This document shows positions 26,400 through 42,170 of a stretch of DNA of 64,000 nucleotides, one piece after another. Where the stretch lies: NCBI GenBank assembly GCA_028023455.1, contig JAQFVV010000010.1, positions 992,001 through 1,056,000 on the forward strand. Direction: 5' to 3'. The stretch is from Epiperipatus broadwayi. Taxonomy: Eukaryota > Animalia > Onychophora. A model generated the notes under the pieces. It made no database searches. It was given only the letters and a program-made list of their open reading frames with translations, and was not told the origin of the DNA. The translations under genes and the position numbers were made by a program. How positions within the stretch are numbered: position 1 is the first letter of the stretch; every line of letters starts with the position of its first letter.

Positions 26400-27400
26400 T
26401 ACTTTTTAAAGAAGTAAAAGATACCATTTTATATTTAATTTGTGGACACACTTATCAACATTTAGAAGGAATATAATTTTAAATATTATTATGAAATATA
26501 TCAATTTGCATATGAACAACACAGTAAAAATAAGAGAAGTTTAAAAATATGAAATTTGTGTTTCAGAAACAACAATCAATATTTTACAAAAATATTCAAA
26601 TACAAAGCTAATGTTTTTATTTGTTTTTCTGGCTAAATATTCAAAATGTTTTAGTGAAGATAAACTTGTTAAACAATAAACTGACAAATACTTTTTCATA
26701 AAAAAGTAAAACTATTCAGAATATTGAAACTATGTTATATTGCAGAGAGAAGTACTAAAATGCAACTGGCATCTGTAAAAATCTTCAGTTCAAATTGCAA
26801 AACTGTCTGATTTTTTCACATGCAATTGACAAAATTGCAGATATTATTGAATTGACAAAAGTGACCATACCTATCCATGTTTTAGATAGAAATTTTACTA
26901 TGACTGAAAAAGTGCTTTATATTTTCTCTTTTAATGATAATATTACAGGAGAAAATATTTTTAAAAAATTAAAATACAATCTTCCTTTATTAAAACTAAT
27001 GTGTACCTAGATCAATGACAGGAAATACAACAGTGTTTGTAGCTAAATTATTAGTTAACCAGAACAATATTTGCTTCAATAACAGATATTGATCTGTTAA
27101 TTATATTATAAATTAAGAAGTATTGTTTCAAAAGTCATGTTGTCACAAAAATAAAATGATAAATTTTATACATTCTTAAAATATAAATCAATGGTAATTT
27201 TTTTCATTACTCTCAGAAATCAAAAGTGAGCATAAAATTATTTTTATTATATAAAAGTATATTGACATTCCTGTTATAACATTTTGATATAATTTTAGGA
27301 ATATCACAGTGAAATCAAAATGTTTTTAGAAATGGAAAAAGATTCAACAAAACAAATTGATAATACAAATTTCTGGTATTTAACTATATCATGATATTTG
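26400..27400 (+). mobile_element. hAT (Buster/SPIN, GTF2IRD2-like) transposase relic
   Basis: FSHAIDKIADIIELTKVTIPIHVLDRNFTMTEKVL..NDNITGENIF resembles FSLALDESTD...EELL..TTGEDIF. Downstream FFSLLSEIKSEH. Many stops and no TIRs seen. Confidence 0.75.
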
Positions 27401-30004
27401 GTGCCATGTTGAATTTTAAAAAAAGTGACTTGAGAGACAATTTTCATAATAACTTTAGTTTTAATAATGTTAGAGCAAAATGCTATGTATTGACAAAAAA
27501 ATAGAAAAACTAAAAAAAAACAATAAGGCTAAGACAAATAATAATTACTTTTAAAAAAGTAAGGGAAAAAAAAAGAAATTTCAACATCCAAAAAAGGTTT
27601 ACTTTATTGTTTGTTCATAATTTCTAATTTTTCATTAACAAGTTTAAAATTACATATTCACTGATAATTTCTTTGTATTCCTCAAAACATTCTCATTCAA
27701 ACCATATATAATATTTCTTACTTGAGATAATCCATAGCTTTAGAATTTACAAAAGTAATAGCATAAGAATTCTTCATTTTTATCTTATATCCCAATAGTT
27801 AAAAAATATCAAGGCATCTATAAGAAAAAGATTCATTCTAATAAACAATACAAAATAAATCATTTCCAGAAGGTGGATACACATTTGTAATCTTAGCAAT
27901 TGGCTTCTTTTCTATCCAAAATTAGAAATTGAAGACAACTGTCTATATCAATGATAAAATAAGTTTCCTTCTCTTTATTTTATACTTTTTGCAAAATTAT
28001 TAGAGTCGAGAAATAAAATACACATTGTGCACTGAATAACCTAATATGAATAAATGGAAAATGATAGAAATCAAATTCAAATTTATGGAAGAATTTATAT
28101 TAGATGGTATTACCAGTGATGAATATATTTTTTGTGCCCACCAGTGATGCTATAATTGTTATATTTATTGCTCCACAGATATATAATTTATTTGCATATA
28201 GTTCATTTGCTAGCTATACATTTGAAAATAATATCATGCAAGATGTGGCAAAACTATTGATTTCACAGCATGAGTATCAAGGCATAGGCAAGGGTCAGGA
28301 TTTTATTCTTTGCCTGCATACAATTCCATGTAATATACATAACTATTGTGGATATCACCACACATCACTTGAAACATCTTTTTATTGGTTTTAAAAGTTT
28401 ATACTTTCATATGGTACTATGCTCAATAAATTTTGTGATTGCTTTTCAACTGCAACCTTTCTGTACATCTGATAATCAGTCTTAAAATTTACATTGCACT
28501 GCTCTATAATATGTTATATATATATATATAAATCATCATTTGTTACACAAACACAGACATGCAAGTACAAATACAAATATAAACGCACCAATAAATTATT
28601 AGATCTTTGGAGAATCATTAAGTTTATAAAAATAAGGCCTCAAACTTCGATCAGGAGCCCCAAAATTACATTGTATATAAATCACTACTTTCATTATATT
28701 CAAATATGAATACAAGTATAATTTATATACTACACAGACACACTAATACAAACACAAACACATTAATAAATTATACATTTATCAAATAATAAAATAATTA
28801 TAAATAATAATAATATTTAAATAATAAAAAAATCTAAAATTAAATACTTATGTATATTGTGTTTATTTTCAGGATGATGGCCTTGAAATTGCAAAATCAT
28901 CAAAGCATGTTGAATCCATTTTATTAAGAACTTTGGCTGATGAAAAATTTGTTTCTTTGTCTTCTTTGTACAATCTAGTAAACTGAGCAAAAAAAAATTA
29001 AATGAACTTATTAATAAAAATATTTTAAAAAATCGAAATTTTGCCCAATTTTAACATGCCATACATCATTTTAAAAAGGAACTCAATCCACAGAGAATGG
29101 TGGTATTGGTATATATGTAGTTCATTTGGTTTTCCAACAATTTTTAAAAAAGATAAAGGAATTTTAATTTCAATGACTCAGTGGCAGCGAAGTTAACTTT
29201 TACGAAATAATAATTAAATGAATTAAATATAACACTTCTGTATGCTGATATAGTGAGCAATCTATGCCACTTAGAACATCAGAAAATCCCCCAAAACTAT
29301 TTCTGGTACAATCAAACTATAAAAGATATCAAATAATGAGTGTTTCAAATATTTTGTCCAGTCTGCAAAAATAATTGCAATTATTATGGGGGAAAAACAG
29401 AATCTTCATACATAATCATGTATTCAAAAAATTCAAGTAAGTCTTGAAACCAAATATCAAAAATATTAATAATTAAAAGATGACCAAAAAATTGCATCTT
29501 CATGTGACCCAAAAAAAGAATATTTAAAAAATATTCGTAATTAGAAAATGATAAGAAAAATAAGTATAATAAAAAATTAAAAACCATACTAAGGGATTTT
29601 ATTTTTAAAATATGGCATTTAAAAAAAAACAATATCTAGTAAATTTTACTAATTAAAAAATGGCCAAAAAATTAGTGCATTCATGTGACCAAAAATAAAA
29701 TCAAATAACTTTTGAATGAAATACAACATATTAAACTTACTTTTATAATTAAATGAACATGGTTAAATTTTTTACTAAACTAACCCATGAAATAATAAAG
29801 CATGTGCTTATGGCATCTGAATACAATTTAATATTTTATAAAAAATATTTTCTTAAATGGTATTTATTTTATGGTATTCATTAGTAAAAAGTTATGTTAA
29901 CTGTAATTATCAACTATTAAAATCAAAACATAATGGATATTTTGTTAAGCACATACAAAAAATGCTTAGGATGGAAAAACTAAAAAACACTAGTTTAATA
30001 AAAA

Positions 30005-31432
30005 AAACAAATTAAGGAACATAAACCACACATAATAAATATTAAAATTAATTTTATGTCTCATAGTTAAAACTACAAAAGCATATTATCCACAATTTTA
30101 AAAAATTAAAATTTCAAAAACAAATAATATTAACAAGTAATATTTGACCCCCAAAAAATATTTTTACCATATATGGACAAATAAAAACACAGTTTAGAAA
30201 ATACTTTTACAATTAAATGAATATGGCAAAAAAATTACTAAACTAATCTATGAAATGATAAAACATGTATTTATGGTCACAGAATACAATTTGATATTTC
30301 ACCAAAATATTTTGTTAAATGATATTTATTTTATGATGTTCATAAGTAAATAGGATATCTGTAATTATCAAAAATTAAAATCAAAACTTTATGAATTGCA
30401 GTATTCAAGGTCAAGCAAGATATACATATGTAAGTTGTATAATAATAAGAGTACAATAATAAATGTAGAATAAAACTAATAACTTTTAATGTATAACAAA
30501 TATGTAAAACAATAATAATAATTGTAATATTTAACACAGCATTACGCTGTTGCACATGCGCTTTGAAGATTTTAACTGTATAAATGTAGAATAAACCTAT
30601 ACTGCAATGTATAATGAATATGTAAATAATAATAATAATTGTATAATAATAAGAGTATGTAAAATAAGAATAATAATTGTATAATAATAAGAGTATAATA
30701 ATAAATGTAGAATAAAAGTAATAACTAAAAAATAATGAATATGTAAAATAAGAATAACTGTAGCAACTATGTATAATGATTGTGTAAAATTACAATGTTG
30801 TTAAATCATAGAAAGCTCAGCTGACCTTATAGGGTCAGAAAACTGTGTAAAATACCATATATGGTGAGAAATGTGAAAATACTGCATGTATGTGAAAACA
30901 TATGTGAAAACACCATATATGGTTAGGAATGTAAAAGACTCCAGAAGTCTTGAGGGGTATATAAACCCCCATAACCTGATCTAATTGTTCTGAGTTTTAA
31001 TTATTACTCAGAGATTCCTGCCTCTGTAAGTCCAAAGCATGACTAGGGTTATTATATGCAGGTCACCACAACCTTTTATTATTTTATTATGCCTACAATA
31101 GGCAATGTATATAGTTAAAATTATTCGTATTAAACTATAATCTTACCATCTCAATTCTGCTTTTGTCCATTTATTTACTTGCTGGTCATGAGACACCGCA
31201 TGAAGATTTTGCTAAACTCATAAAAAATATTCAAGAACTTTTACACATAAAAAAAAAATATCTAGGGAGGAAATTTTCAAAAACAATAATTTAGCAAATA
31301 ATATTTGACAAAAAAAGAAAAACAAATTAAGGAACATAAGCCACACGTCATAAATATTAAAATTAATTTTACATCTAATAAATAAAACTATAAAAGCATG
31401 TCACTCATGTTTAAAAAAATATAAATTTCAAA
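30005..31432. repeat. Direct repeat pair (~115 bp; ~30005-30122 and ~31318-31432) bracketing other inserts
   Basis: AAACAAATTAAGGAACATAA(A/G)CCACAC...AAATTTCAAAAA present in both copies. Confidence 0.7.
30796..31072 (+). mobile_element. Possible solo-LTR-like element
   Basis: Starts TGTTG, ends ..CCACA(A). Internal palindrome CTGACCttataGGGTCAG, TATA box inside GGGG..CCCC, internal ~60-bp repeat. No TSD found. Confidence 0.35.
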
Positions 31433-32525
31433 AATAGTTTAGCAAATGCTAATATTTTACCAATATATATTGAAACAGTAAGGTTTGCTTTACAAATCTT
31501 CATTTCATCTTCTCTAACTTCTTTCCTACTCTCATATCCTAGGTTAAACCCCAATTTATCATAGTGTGTCTGTACTGCTGCTTATATGCCAAAATCCTGC
31601 TTAAATTAGATCATGAATGTATAAATGCTTGTGATATATATAATTTCAAAACCCTAACATTAATAATTTACAAATTGTGAGTATGTATATGTTTACATAT
31701 TCATTTTAAACAGTAGGTCATATAAGTTGTATTTATGCACATACTGCAATAATATATTTTAAAACTTAAATAAAAATAATAGTTTCATTATTTAAAGCTG
31801 CTTTGTTTAAATCTATTTATTTTAGAAATATTACATTCCTAATATTTGTTTTCATTTAATAAAATAAAATTTAACTTTAAATAGATTTAAACATTTAGAA
31901 TTTAGAAGTCAATAATTTTGTTGTTTTTGGATTTATAAAAATCACAAATTTTATGTAAAAAGTAAATGAGGTTAGAAAGAGAACAATGGGCTTAATTAAT
32001 TAAATTTGATAAAATAAATTAGTGGCTTGAATATTTGGCCATCAAGATAAACAATAGATGTCCACTTTGGTATTTTTTAATTAAAATAAGTTAAAACCAA
32101 ATTCTAATCTGAATATCTTAAAAGTAAAATTAATTATAAAATCATTGTTTTTAGATATTCGGATAAGATAAGTGCAGCTTTTATTTTTGCAGCTATTTTT
32201 GTTCTAGATTGATCATCACCGGGTAGTTCTATTGTAATCTCTCTTGGTATATATAGAGCAGATTTTATTAATTAATATTCTTTGCTATTATTCCATTCTG
32301 CTTTTCTCTTTTCAGATTTAGTATTATGTCATTCTTAACGATTTTGCTATATTATGTGTTCTTAATATTTTGTCTTTAATCAGTTAGTTGAGATATTATT
32401 TTAAATTATTCAGTTGAATTAACAGTTGAATATATTATTTTGAGAATTTATTATTGCTGAAATTAGTGAAACTCTGTATACCAAGAAGCCAAACTCGTGT
32501 TAATTTCAATAAATTTGTAAAATAC

Positions 32526-32679
32526 CAGCCTTTGCCAATGCAAGTAGAATGTCTGAGTAGGCCAGCGGGAAGACTTTCTTCCTTCTCAGAATGCCCATCC
32601 TGGGGCATATCATACCATCATATGCCTCGTATCTACTGTAAACTGCTGCTGCCGAAAATGTATCAAATTTTATTCTGGA
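32526..32679 (-). CDS. Candidate exon of an unknown gene
   Basis: CTTCTTCAG acceptor, open frame SRIKFDTFSAAAVYSRYEAYDGMICPRMGILRRKKVFPLAYSDILLALAKA, G|GTATTT donor. Locally GC/CpG-richer. Confidence 0.25.
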
Positions 32680-33526
32680 CTGAAGAAGCTGCCACATCAA
32701 GATAAATGATGCTTAACTTCCATTACAGCCTTCAATTCAAGTCGACAGAAAAAAAAAAAAAATGTGCATGGACTGTCCAATGTATATGAGGTAACCTCAA
32801 TTAATCCAAGAGCTCTTGTATTATAGTTCCCTTTAATGCTAGCTAAATTTTAAGTGTATTTTTTTATTATAAAACTGCATAATTTCTATTTAAAATATTT
32901 GTAATGTCACTTGTGTGCTTTTCTCTCTATCATTGGGTTGATATTTTTATATTTTTCTAATTTAACTTTATGTCTTTCATTATGATAGAGTGCTTAGATA
33001 GTCATCGAATGAGTGAATCATTTCTTTTCCCTTTTATTAGTATGCCATCATATTAGTGCAGATAAATTGTATAATTAACCCTCTATTAAATGTCTTATAA
33101 AATTGCTTGTTCAAGGGCTACTTTATTTCATATTTTATTAATCTTTTAATGTCTTTCAAGAAAGGCATATTTCTCATTCTTTTTATATAACACGAGGATA
33201 TGTGCGAAATTAATAAGTGAACTATATAATATAGAGAAATGCATGATTATGTATAATCTCATGAATCCCTGTTTAATCATGCATTTTCCCTTCATTTTTC
33301 TTATTTAAAATAACTTATTTTATTGTGTTTATAATGTAATTTGTGAACTGTAAAAGTTGAGATCGAGAATGTGTGGACCATCTTAAAATTATTTAGGTAA
33401 TGATTAAGTTCCTTTGCTTAATTAGAGTCCCACCTTTATATATTTGTTTAAGCTTTTTATTGTGTGTTACCAGTGTAGATGTACTGGTTGTTTTGAAGTC
33501 TGCTTTGATTTTCTCCCGGAACTTAC

Positions 33527-33589
33527 AGCTAACACCATCCCTTCTCCTTTTTGTGGTTCCCAGATAGAGTACGCGCTAGGAAGCCATAC
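33527..33589 (-). CDS. Candidate 63-nt exon of an unknown gene
   Basis: TTCCCAG acceptor, open frame VWLPSAYSIWEPQKGEGMVLA, strong GCT|GTAAGT donor. Confidence 0.3.
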
Positions 33590-34301
33590 CTGGGAATTTT
33601 AAGTATAAGTCACTCAGTCACAGAGTTTCATGGAATGATGCCAGACTCGGATTGATTGTGATGAAACCTTCCATGGATCCATGACAAGACGCCATTCCAT
33701 CTGCTTTATTTTGTTATTTATCATTTTATTTTATTTTATAAAGCAACACAGTTTCAAAGTACTGCACTCTGTCCTTTACTTTAAACTTTCACCGATACCA
33801 CCAATATCTTTAATATAATTTTAATATTACATGTTAGTATTTCTTTAAATTGCCCGTGTCTTAATCACTTCCATGCCTCTATCTCAGTGAGCTTTCATCT
33901 GCACTATTCTTGAAATCAATATTAGTTCTTTTATCCAATATTAAATGTAGAAATTAATTTAAGCAAACACTTATTGTATTCGCTACAGGCCTTGTACATC
34001 TTTTGAAATCAGTCTTTCTTCACACAACTGTACTTTTGCTTAAGCACATTATTATAATATATTGCATTAACCTGAAGTGTAGAGAACATATAAATTAACA
34101 AGCCATTTATGTAAAAGCAAATGGTGCTTCATTTAAAGTTGTTTTAAATTTATCTTTTGATGATTTAACAGCACGGTCTGGCTTATCCAGACAATGCTTA
34201 TGTTTATAATTGTTAAATAAATAAACCTACTGAATTTTACTAACCCATTTCGAATATATCTATTTATTTTCTTTTTTTATATAGCGCGATGTTTATAAAC
34301 T

Positions 34302-34498
34302 GTAATATATTTAAACAGCATTAAACTGTTGCACATGCGCTTTGGATTTACAAAAGCATTTGGGTTCGAAAAGATAGATGGCCATTCTATCTTTTCCAAA
34401 GACTTTATCATGTGGTTGAAGTGTTAGTATTCATTCATTTTATAGTTAAAATCCAAAGCGAAAATGTGCAACAGTTTAATGCTGTTTAAATATATTAC
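34302..34498. mobile_element. MITE-like fold-back element (197 bp)
   Basis: Perfect 35-bp terminal inverted repeat GTAATATATTTAAACAGCATTAAACTGTTGCACAT, extending imperfectly to ~48 bp. Internal hairpin AAAAGATAGA..TCTATCTTTT. A diverged half copy lies at 30524-30572. No clear TSD. Confidence 0.7.
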
Positions 34499-35039
34499 TA
34501 TTTATTTTCTGTAATCCACACCATCACTTTGGTCTATCTCTCATTATATATATATTTTGTACCATGTGAACCTAATGGCTCTGGTAAGAAACTATGCTAT
34601 TAGTAGCATCAGATGCGTTATCACATAGATGGCGCTGTGGAGTATAAACTTTAGATTCGATCATGGAATTTCTGGAAGGCAATCCCTCCTAGAGTGTTGA
34701 GTTTCATATCTGGGTTTGAATTCTGCAGTGTGTTAATGAGATACACGATTCTGACCATTACAATATGTATTTGATCAAAAAAAACAAACAAATTATTCTC
34801 ATCTATTAACAAACCTAAGTTACACATAATAATTAAAACCATAGAGACAAAAAATTCAAACGAATCTTTCTTGACATTAAGAAGAGTTCATCTTTGACCT
34901 AAATGACATTAATTGGAAACAAAAATAATGTTTCAGTCAAACTTTAAAAAAAAAAAAAAAATCAGATAAAAAATAAGATCATTCCATCTTCTTAACTAAT
35001 TAGTCAGTCATTCATGCATTTATTTAACTATTAGTTATT

Positions 35040-36150
35040 TATCTCTATCTATTTACCTATACACTTATCTATTAATCTATTTTATAAATCTGTTTTTCTA
35101 TCTATCTAATTATCTGATATCTATCTGTTTATCTATATACCTATCTATCTAATTTTGTACCTGTTTCTCCATCTGTTTACTTATCTATTTACTGTCTCTC
35201 TATTTGTTTAACTTTCTGTCTGGTTCTTTATATTTATCTATTTATTTATTTATCTGGTTTTTTACTTATCTGTTTATGCATCCAATCATCCATTTAACTA
35301 TCTTGTTAATCATCTATCCATTATCTATTTATTTCACTATCTATCTATCTATCTAATTATTATCTATTTGTATGTCTCTTTGCATGTTTATTTATCTATC
35401 TATTTGTCTTTTAATCTATCTTAATTTCTGCCTATTTGTTTATTCATCCAATCATCCATTTAACTATCTAACAACTCACCCATCCTCTATTTATCTGTTT
35501 GTCTACCTATATACTATCTAACTATTTATCTATCTAATTGCCTCCATTTTTTATTTATCTATTTATCCTTCCACTCATCTATCTAAATATTTACCAGATT
35601 ATTCTCCCTATCTAAGTATGTACCTAATGATTTATCTCTTTGACTCTACTAACTTTTCCATCTATTTATCCACTCATTTGTCCATCTTTCTGTCCTTCTA
35701 TCCGACCACCCATTTAGCTATCTATTGTTTTAGTGATCAATCTTTCCATATATCTACCCTGCATCTATTTATTTATTTATCCATAAGTTTATCCGAGCAT
35801 TCATTCATCTAACTATCTATTCTTCTGTCTCTTTCTCTCTATCTCCATCAACTATCAATTTCTTCATCATCAATCAGTCTATTCAAATTTCTATTTATCT
35901 ACTAGTTATACATCAATCTACTTACCTACCTTTGTAGCAATCTATTCATTCATTACTCTATCCAAGCTTCCATTTATCTATATATTTATCTATTAGTTAT
36001 GTATACATCTATCTACCTATTTCTGTATCTATTCATCAATCAATCTTTCCATACCACCACTTATCAACCTCTGTACATATCTATCTATCCATCCATCCAT
36101 CTATTTATCTATCCACTTATCTGTCTATTTACCTGTCTATCAGTTTTTAT
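35040..36150. repeat. Degenerate (TATC)n/(CATC)n microsatellite arm
   Basis: TATC/CATC/TACC-rich low-complexity sequence. Confidence 0.85.
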
Positions 36151-36159
36151 TCATCTAGC

Positions 36160-38225
<2,066 letters not shown>

Positions 38226-39533
38226 AATTGAATTAATGTGTGATTGACTAGCTAGCTAAATAGATGAAAGGTGTTAGTTTGTTTCATCTTTTTTTAATAT
38301 AAAGAGTTTGACCAAAATATTTTTCCTTTGTTCCCAACTGATATCATTTACTTTAAATGTGAATCCTTTCAAATGTCAAAAATTATCTCTTTGAATTTTT
38401 GATTCTCCAGGTGCATGCTTTGAGATAATAAAAAATGTTTTTAAATGTATTCAATATGTTTTTATAGTTGTATTTATTATGCTTGCCTTACAATTGCTAA
38501 TAGTTGATAGTAATTTGTTTTTTTTTTCCTTTGATCAAATATTAATATTTGCTACATTATTGTTTTTGAATTATTATTTTTTAATTATGAGTAATATGTT
38601 TTTATAGTTTTATTTATTAATTGCAAAATTAATTTTAATATTTATTATGTGTAGCTTATGTTTTCTTAATTTGTTTGTTTAGTTTTATGTTTAGTTAAAT
38701 ATTATTTATTAAAGTATGGTTTTTGGAATTTTCCATTCCCAGCATTTTTTTTTTTTTTTGTCTTGCAAAAGTTTTTAATTTTTATTTTGTGTGTGTGTTT
38801 ACAAAATATTTTTAATATTTTGATTTTAATATTTGATAATTACAGATAACATAACTACTTATTGAATGAAAATTATAAAATAAATACTTCTTAACAAAAT
38901 ATTTTTTGTGTTTTTTTTTATTTTATAAGTTAGTTCAGTAATTTTTTAACCATATTCATTTAATTGTAAAAGTAATTTTAATCTCTTCTTCTATGTAAGC
39001 AGTTATTTATTTTGTCAAATATTAATATTTGCTAAACTGTCTTTTATTCCAGAGTGGATTTTTTTTGGTTATGTGAATTATGATAATTTTTTTTTGTCAT
39101 TTCATGATTATTAAAATTTGCTAGATATTGCTTATTGCTAGGCCATATTTTAAAAGTAAAATACTTTAGTATTGTTTTATGCTATTTTTTTTGTCATTTC
39201 CTAATTACTAATATTTACCAATTATTCCTTTTGATATTTGATTTTTTGTTGATCACATGATTATGCTTATTTCTATTAAAGTTCTTTTTGATAAAAATTA
39301 CAATTTTTTATATGGACTGGACAAAATATCCTGGAATACTTTGTTATTATTTTTGATGATATTATCTGATATCTTTTGTCACTTGTTTGTGTCAGTGGTG
39401 GTTTTGGAGCTCTTTCCAAAAGGCTTAGAGAATATATTAAATCAACGCCATTGATCAGACTATATTAATTAACTATTAAGGCTAACTTATTGATATTTAA
39501 ACTTTAAATGTTCGGTTGAACATTCAATTAAAT

Positions 39534-40295
39534 ACAATAATCTCAGCCTCAGGGTGGCCTTTGAGCATTCCATCATCATATTTTCAATTGGGTGGACGGT
39601 TGAAGAGTTGGAGTAGATTGAAGCCTGTCCATTAAAGTAGGAGGATTTGCTATCTTAATATATATCTGAGCACTTGTAGCATATATATGTAGAGATGGTA
39701 ATTTGGACCAACTGATGATTGCTGGTTTAGCATGAAATACGTATATTGGTGATTATTTATCTTTTCAACATATGTGTGTTCAAGTGTATCAGTGTTATGA
39801 GATAGTGTGGAGAGTGGTGGGTCATGTGAAAGTCTGTGCTCATACCCTGTCTATTACATATATAGACACAGGTATATATAAGCCTGTGTATTTCAACTAT
39901 TACATATTAGAGATGTCTGCCTATCCCTTGTATATGTATTTAATGGATTATGTCCTGTACATGAGGGGTCAGATTGACCTTAGGTCAACATGGGTGTGAC
40001 AATAATCTCAGCCTCAGGGTGGCCTTTGAGCATTCCATCATCAGATTTTCAATTGGATGGACGGTTGAAGAGTTGGAGTGTGGAGTAGATTGAAGCCTGT
40101 CCATTAAAGTAGGAGGATTTGCTATCTTAATATATATCTGAGCACTTGTAGCATATATGCTGGTTTAGCATGAAATACATATATTGGTGATTATTTATCT
40201 TTTCAACATATGTGTGTTCAAGTGTATCAGTGTTATGAGATAGTGTGGAGAGTGGTGGGTCATGTGAAAGTCTGTGCTCATACCCTGTCTATTAT
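39534..40295. repeat. Recent tandem duplication (period ~463 bp) of an LTR-like sequence
   Basis: Near-identical copies start ACAATAATCTCAGCCTCAGGG at ~39534 and ~39998. The second lacks a ~30-bp segment and is truncated. The unit boundary reads TGTCACACCC on the minus strand. Confidence 0.85.
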
Positions 40296-41730
40296 AATAA
40301 CATTATTACTGTTAGCAAATATACATGATACCTATGTTTTTTTGTTATCATGTAAGCACAATTTTATTACATATTAAAAATGAAGAAATTCTATCTTAAT
40401 TATAAATATATAAAGCCTTACATCATAGTGATTAATGTATGTTCATAATTTTAGGCTGATTTCAGGTCAGATTTCAAATGAATTTAGGATTTTTCTATCA
40501 AATCACCAGATTAATGCTAAATTAGTCAGTTATCCAATTATAGATATAAATATTTAGCTATTTCTAATTGGTGAATAAAATAACAAAGAACTACAAACCT
40601 CACCATTCAGTAATATTTTCATTTTTAGTATTTCATTAAAAAGGAATTGTTGAAAGATTTTCTGCACTGCAGTGAGCTATTGCAAGATAATTAACTTTTT
40701 TTTCTGTATGTATATACAGACTCATTCACTAAGTAACAGCCTGGATTTGTTTAATATATCTTCAAATTCATATAATATTGAAACCCCTTTAAATGATTAG
40801 AACAGCCAATGTTAAATGCTGTAAATAAATTCAATTTTTCATCTGGCCAATTTTATCAACTAAATGTCCAATCAGAATTATGACCAAATCTTAAAACTTT
40901 CAATATTTTTTATAAAAGTGCAGCAATATTTTTAATTTGCAGGAAAAAAATGCTATTTTATAGAGATCTAAATCATTACCTCAACTCCAATTGTGTGTGT
41001 GTGTATATATATATGTTACATTACAGATCTAATAAAAGATCTGAACACTTATCATATACATAAATGTTAAGCATGTTTGAAAATCATCTAACTGCAAAAA
41101 AGTTTGCTTCAGTTATATTTGGACCCCATATTATGAGCATGGCATATAGATGAACTATATCACAAGGCAGTTTATAATAAATTATGGTAAAATCTTATTA
41201 TCACACTACTGTTAATTTCATTCTATCATTTATTTCTCCTAGTTTCAGAATTAGCTCCACATAAGTAACTTTATTTTGTTTTCTGGCTCCATAATTCCTC
41301 AAGCTGTCATTTTATCACATTGATATGTTTTTCCATAAAGATTGAAATAATGTAAAGTAGTATATCTTTATCTTTTTTTTTTTTTTTGTCTAAGTAAAAA
41401 TTTTAGCACTCTGTTATGGAGATAATGCTTTATCACATATGATTATGAGCATTCACATTTGAATTTATTGCAGGCACTTTTATGCATATGCTTTGTGCAT
41501 TACTTTCATCTGTTTATTATATTTTATTTTATTCTTGTTATTGTTTTGTTTCTTTTATAGTATATTATTTATTTCAATAAATAAAAGGAGAAAAAAAAAG
41601 TAATGAGCTTAAAATTGTGCTGAACTTTGTTGAAGAACTGATCAAAGTAAAAGTTTTCAAATAGCAACATGTTATATTATATGCCACCACACTTTTTAGT
41701 TTAAACTAAGCTTTATTTAATAGGCTGCAG

Positions 41731-42170
41731 CAGGGATGCCCAAACTTTAACTTGACGCGAGCTAGTTGAAAATTTGAAAAAATTTGGGGAACCACAATTA
41801 TATATTGCATTTTTCATATTACATTTATAAACATAATTCACAAACTAAAAAAAAAAACTGCTGTAATATGTTAAAAAGAAAAAAAAAATTTAAATACATT
41901 TTATTTATATTTATTTATTAAAAATTAGGTAACATACATATAAATTCCAATTACAGGAAAAGTATATTTTAATTATTTTATTTAATGTAAAACCTGACAC
42001 TGCATACCATTATCGTTTGTATTGTAAAAATGTTTATTTTTTAGTGTGTACATGTGGCGTCAAGGAACATAAAATATTTTATCAATTTTTCTTGAAGAGT
42101 GCAATGCGAGCCACATTAAACAGTTGCGTGAGCCACATGTGACTCTCGAGCTACGGGTTGGGCATCCCTG
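41731..42170. mobile_element. Non-autonomous hAT (Buster/Charlie-type) MITE, 440 bp
   Basis: TIRs CAGGGATGCCCAA / TTGGGCATCCCTG. 8-bp TSD GGCTGCAG / GGCTACAG (one mismatch; central TA typical of Buster). Confidence 0.92.

Larger units (their letters stand above)
14272..28986 (+). pseudogene. Candidate multi-exon host gene or pseudogene, product unknown
   Basis: AG/GT-bounded blocks: 14272-14424, 14958-15077, 20393-20448, 21666-21908, 25700-25857, 28179-28293, 28873-28986. Phases match across the first five junctions if one 1-bp insertion (GGG 21772-21774) is allowed. The last junction does not match. Four in-frame TGA, no TAA/TAG. No homology recognised. Confidence 0.4.
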
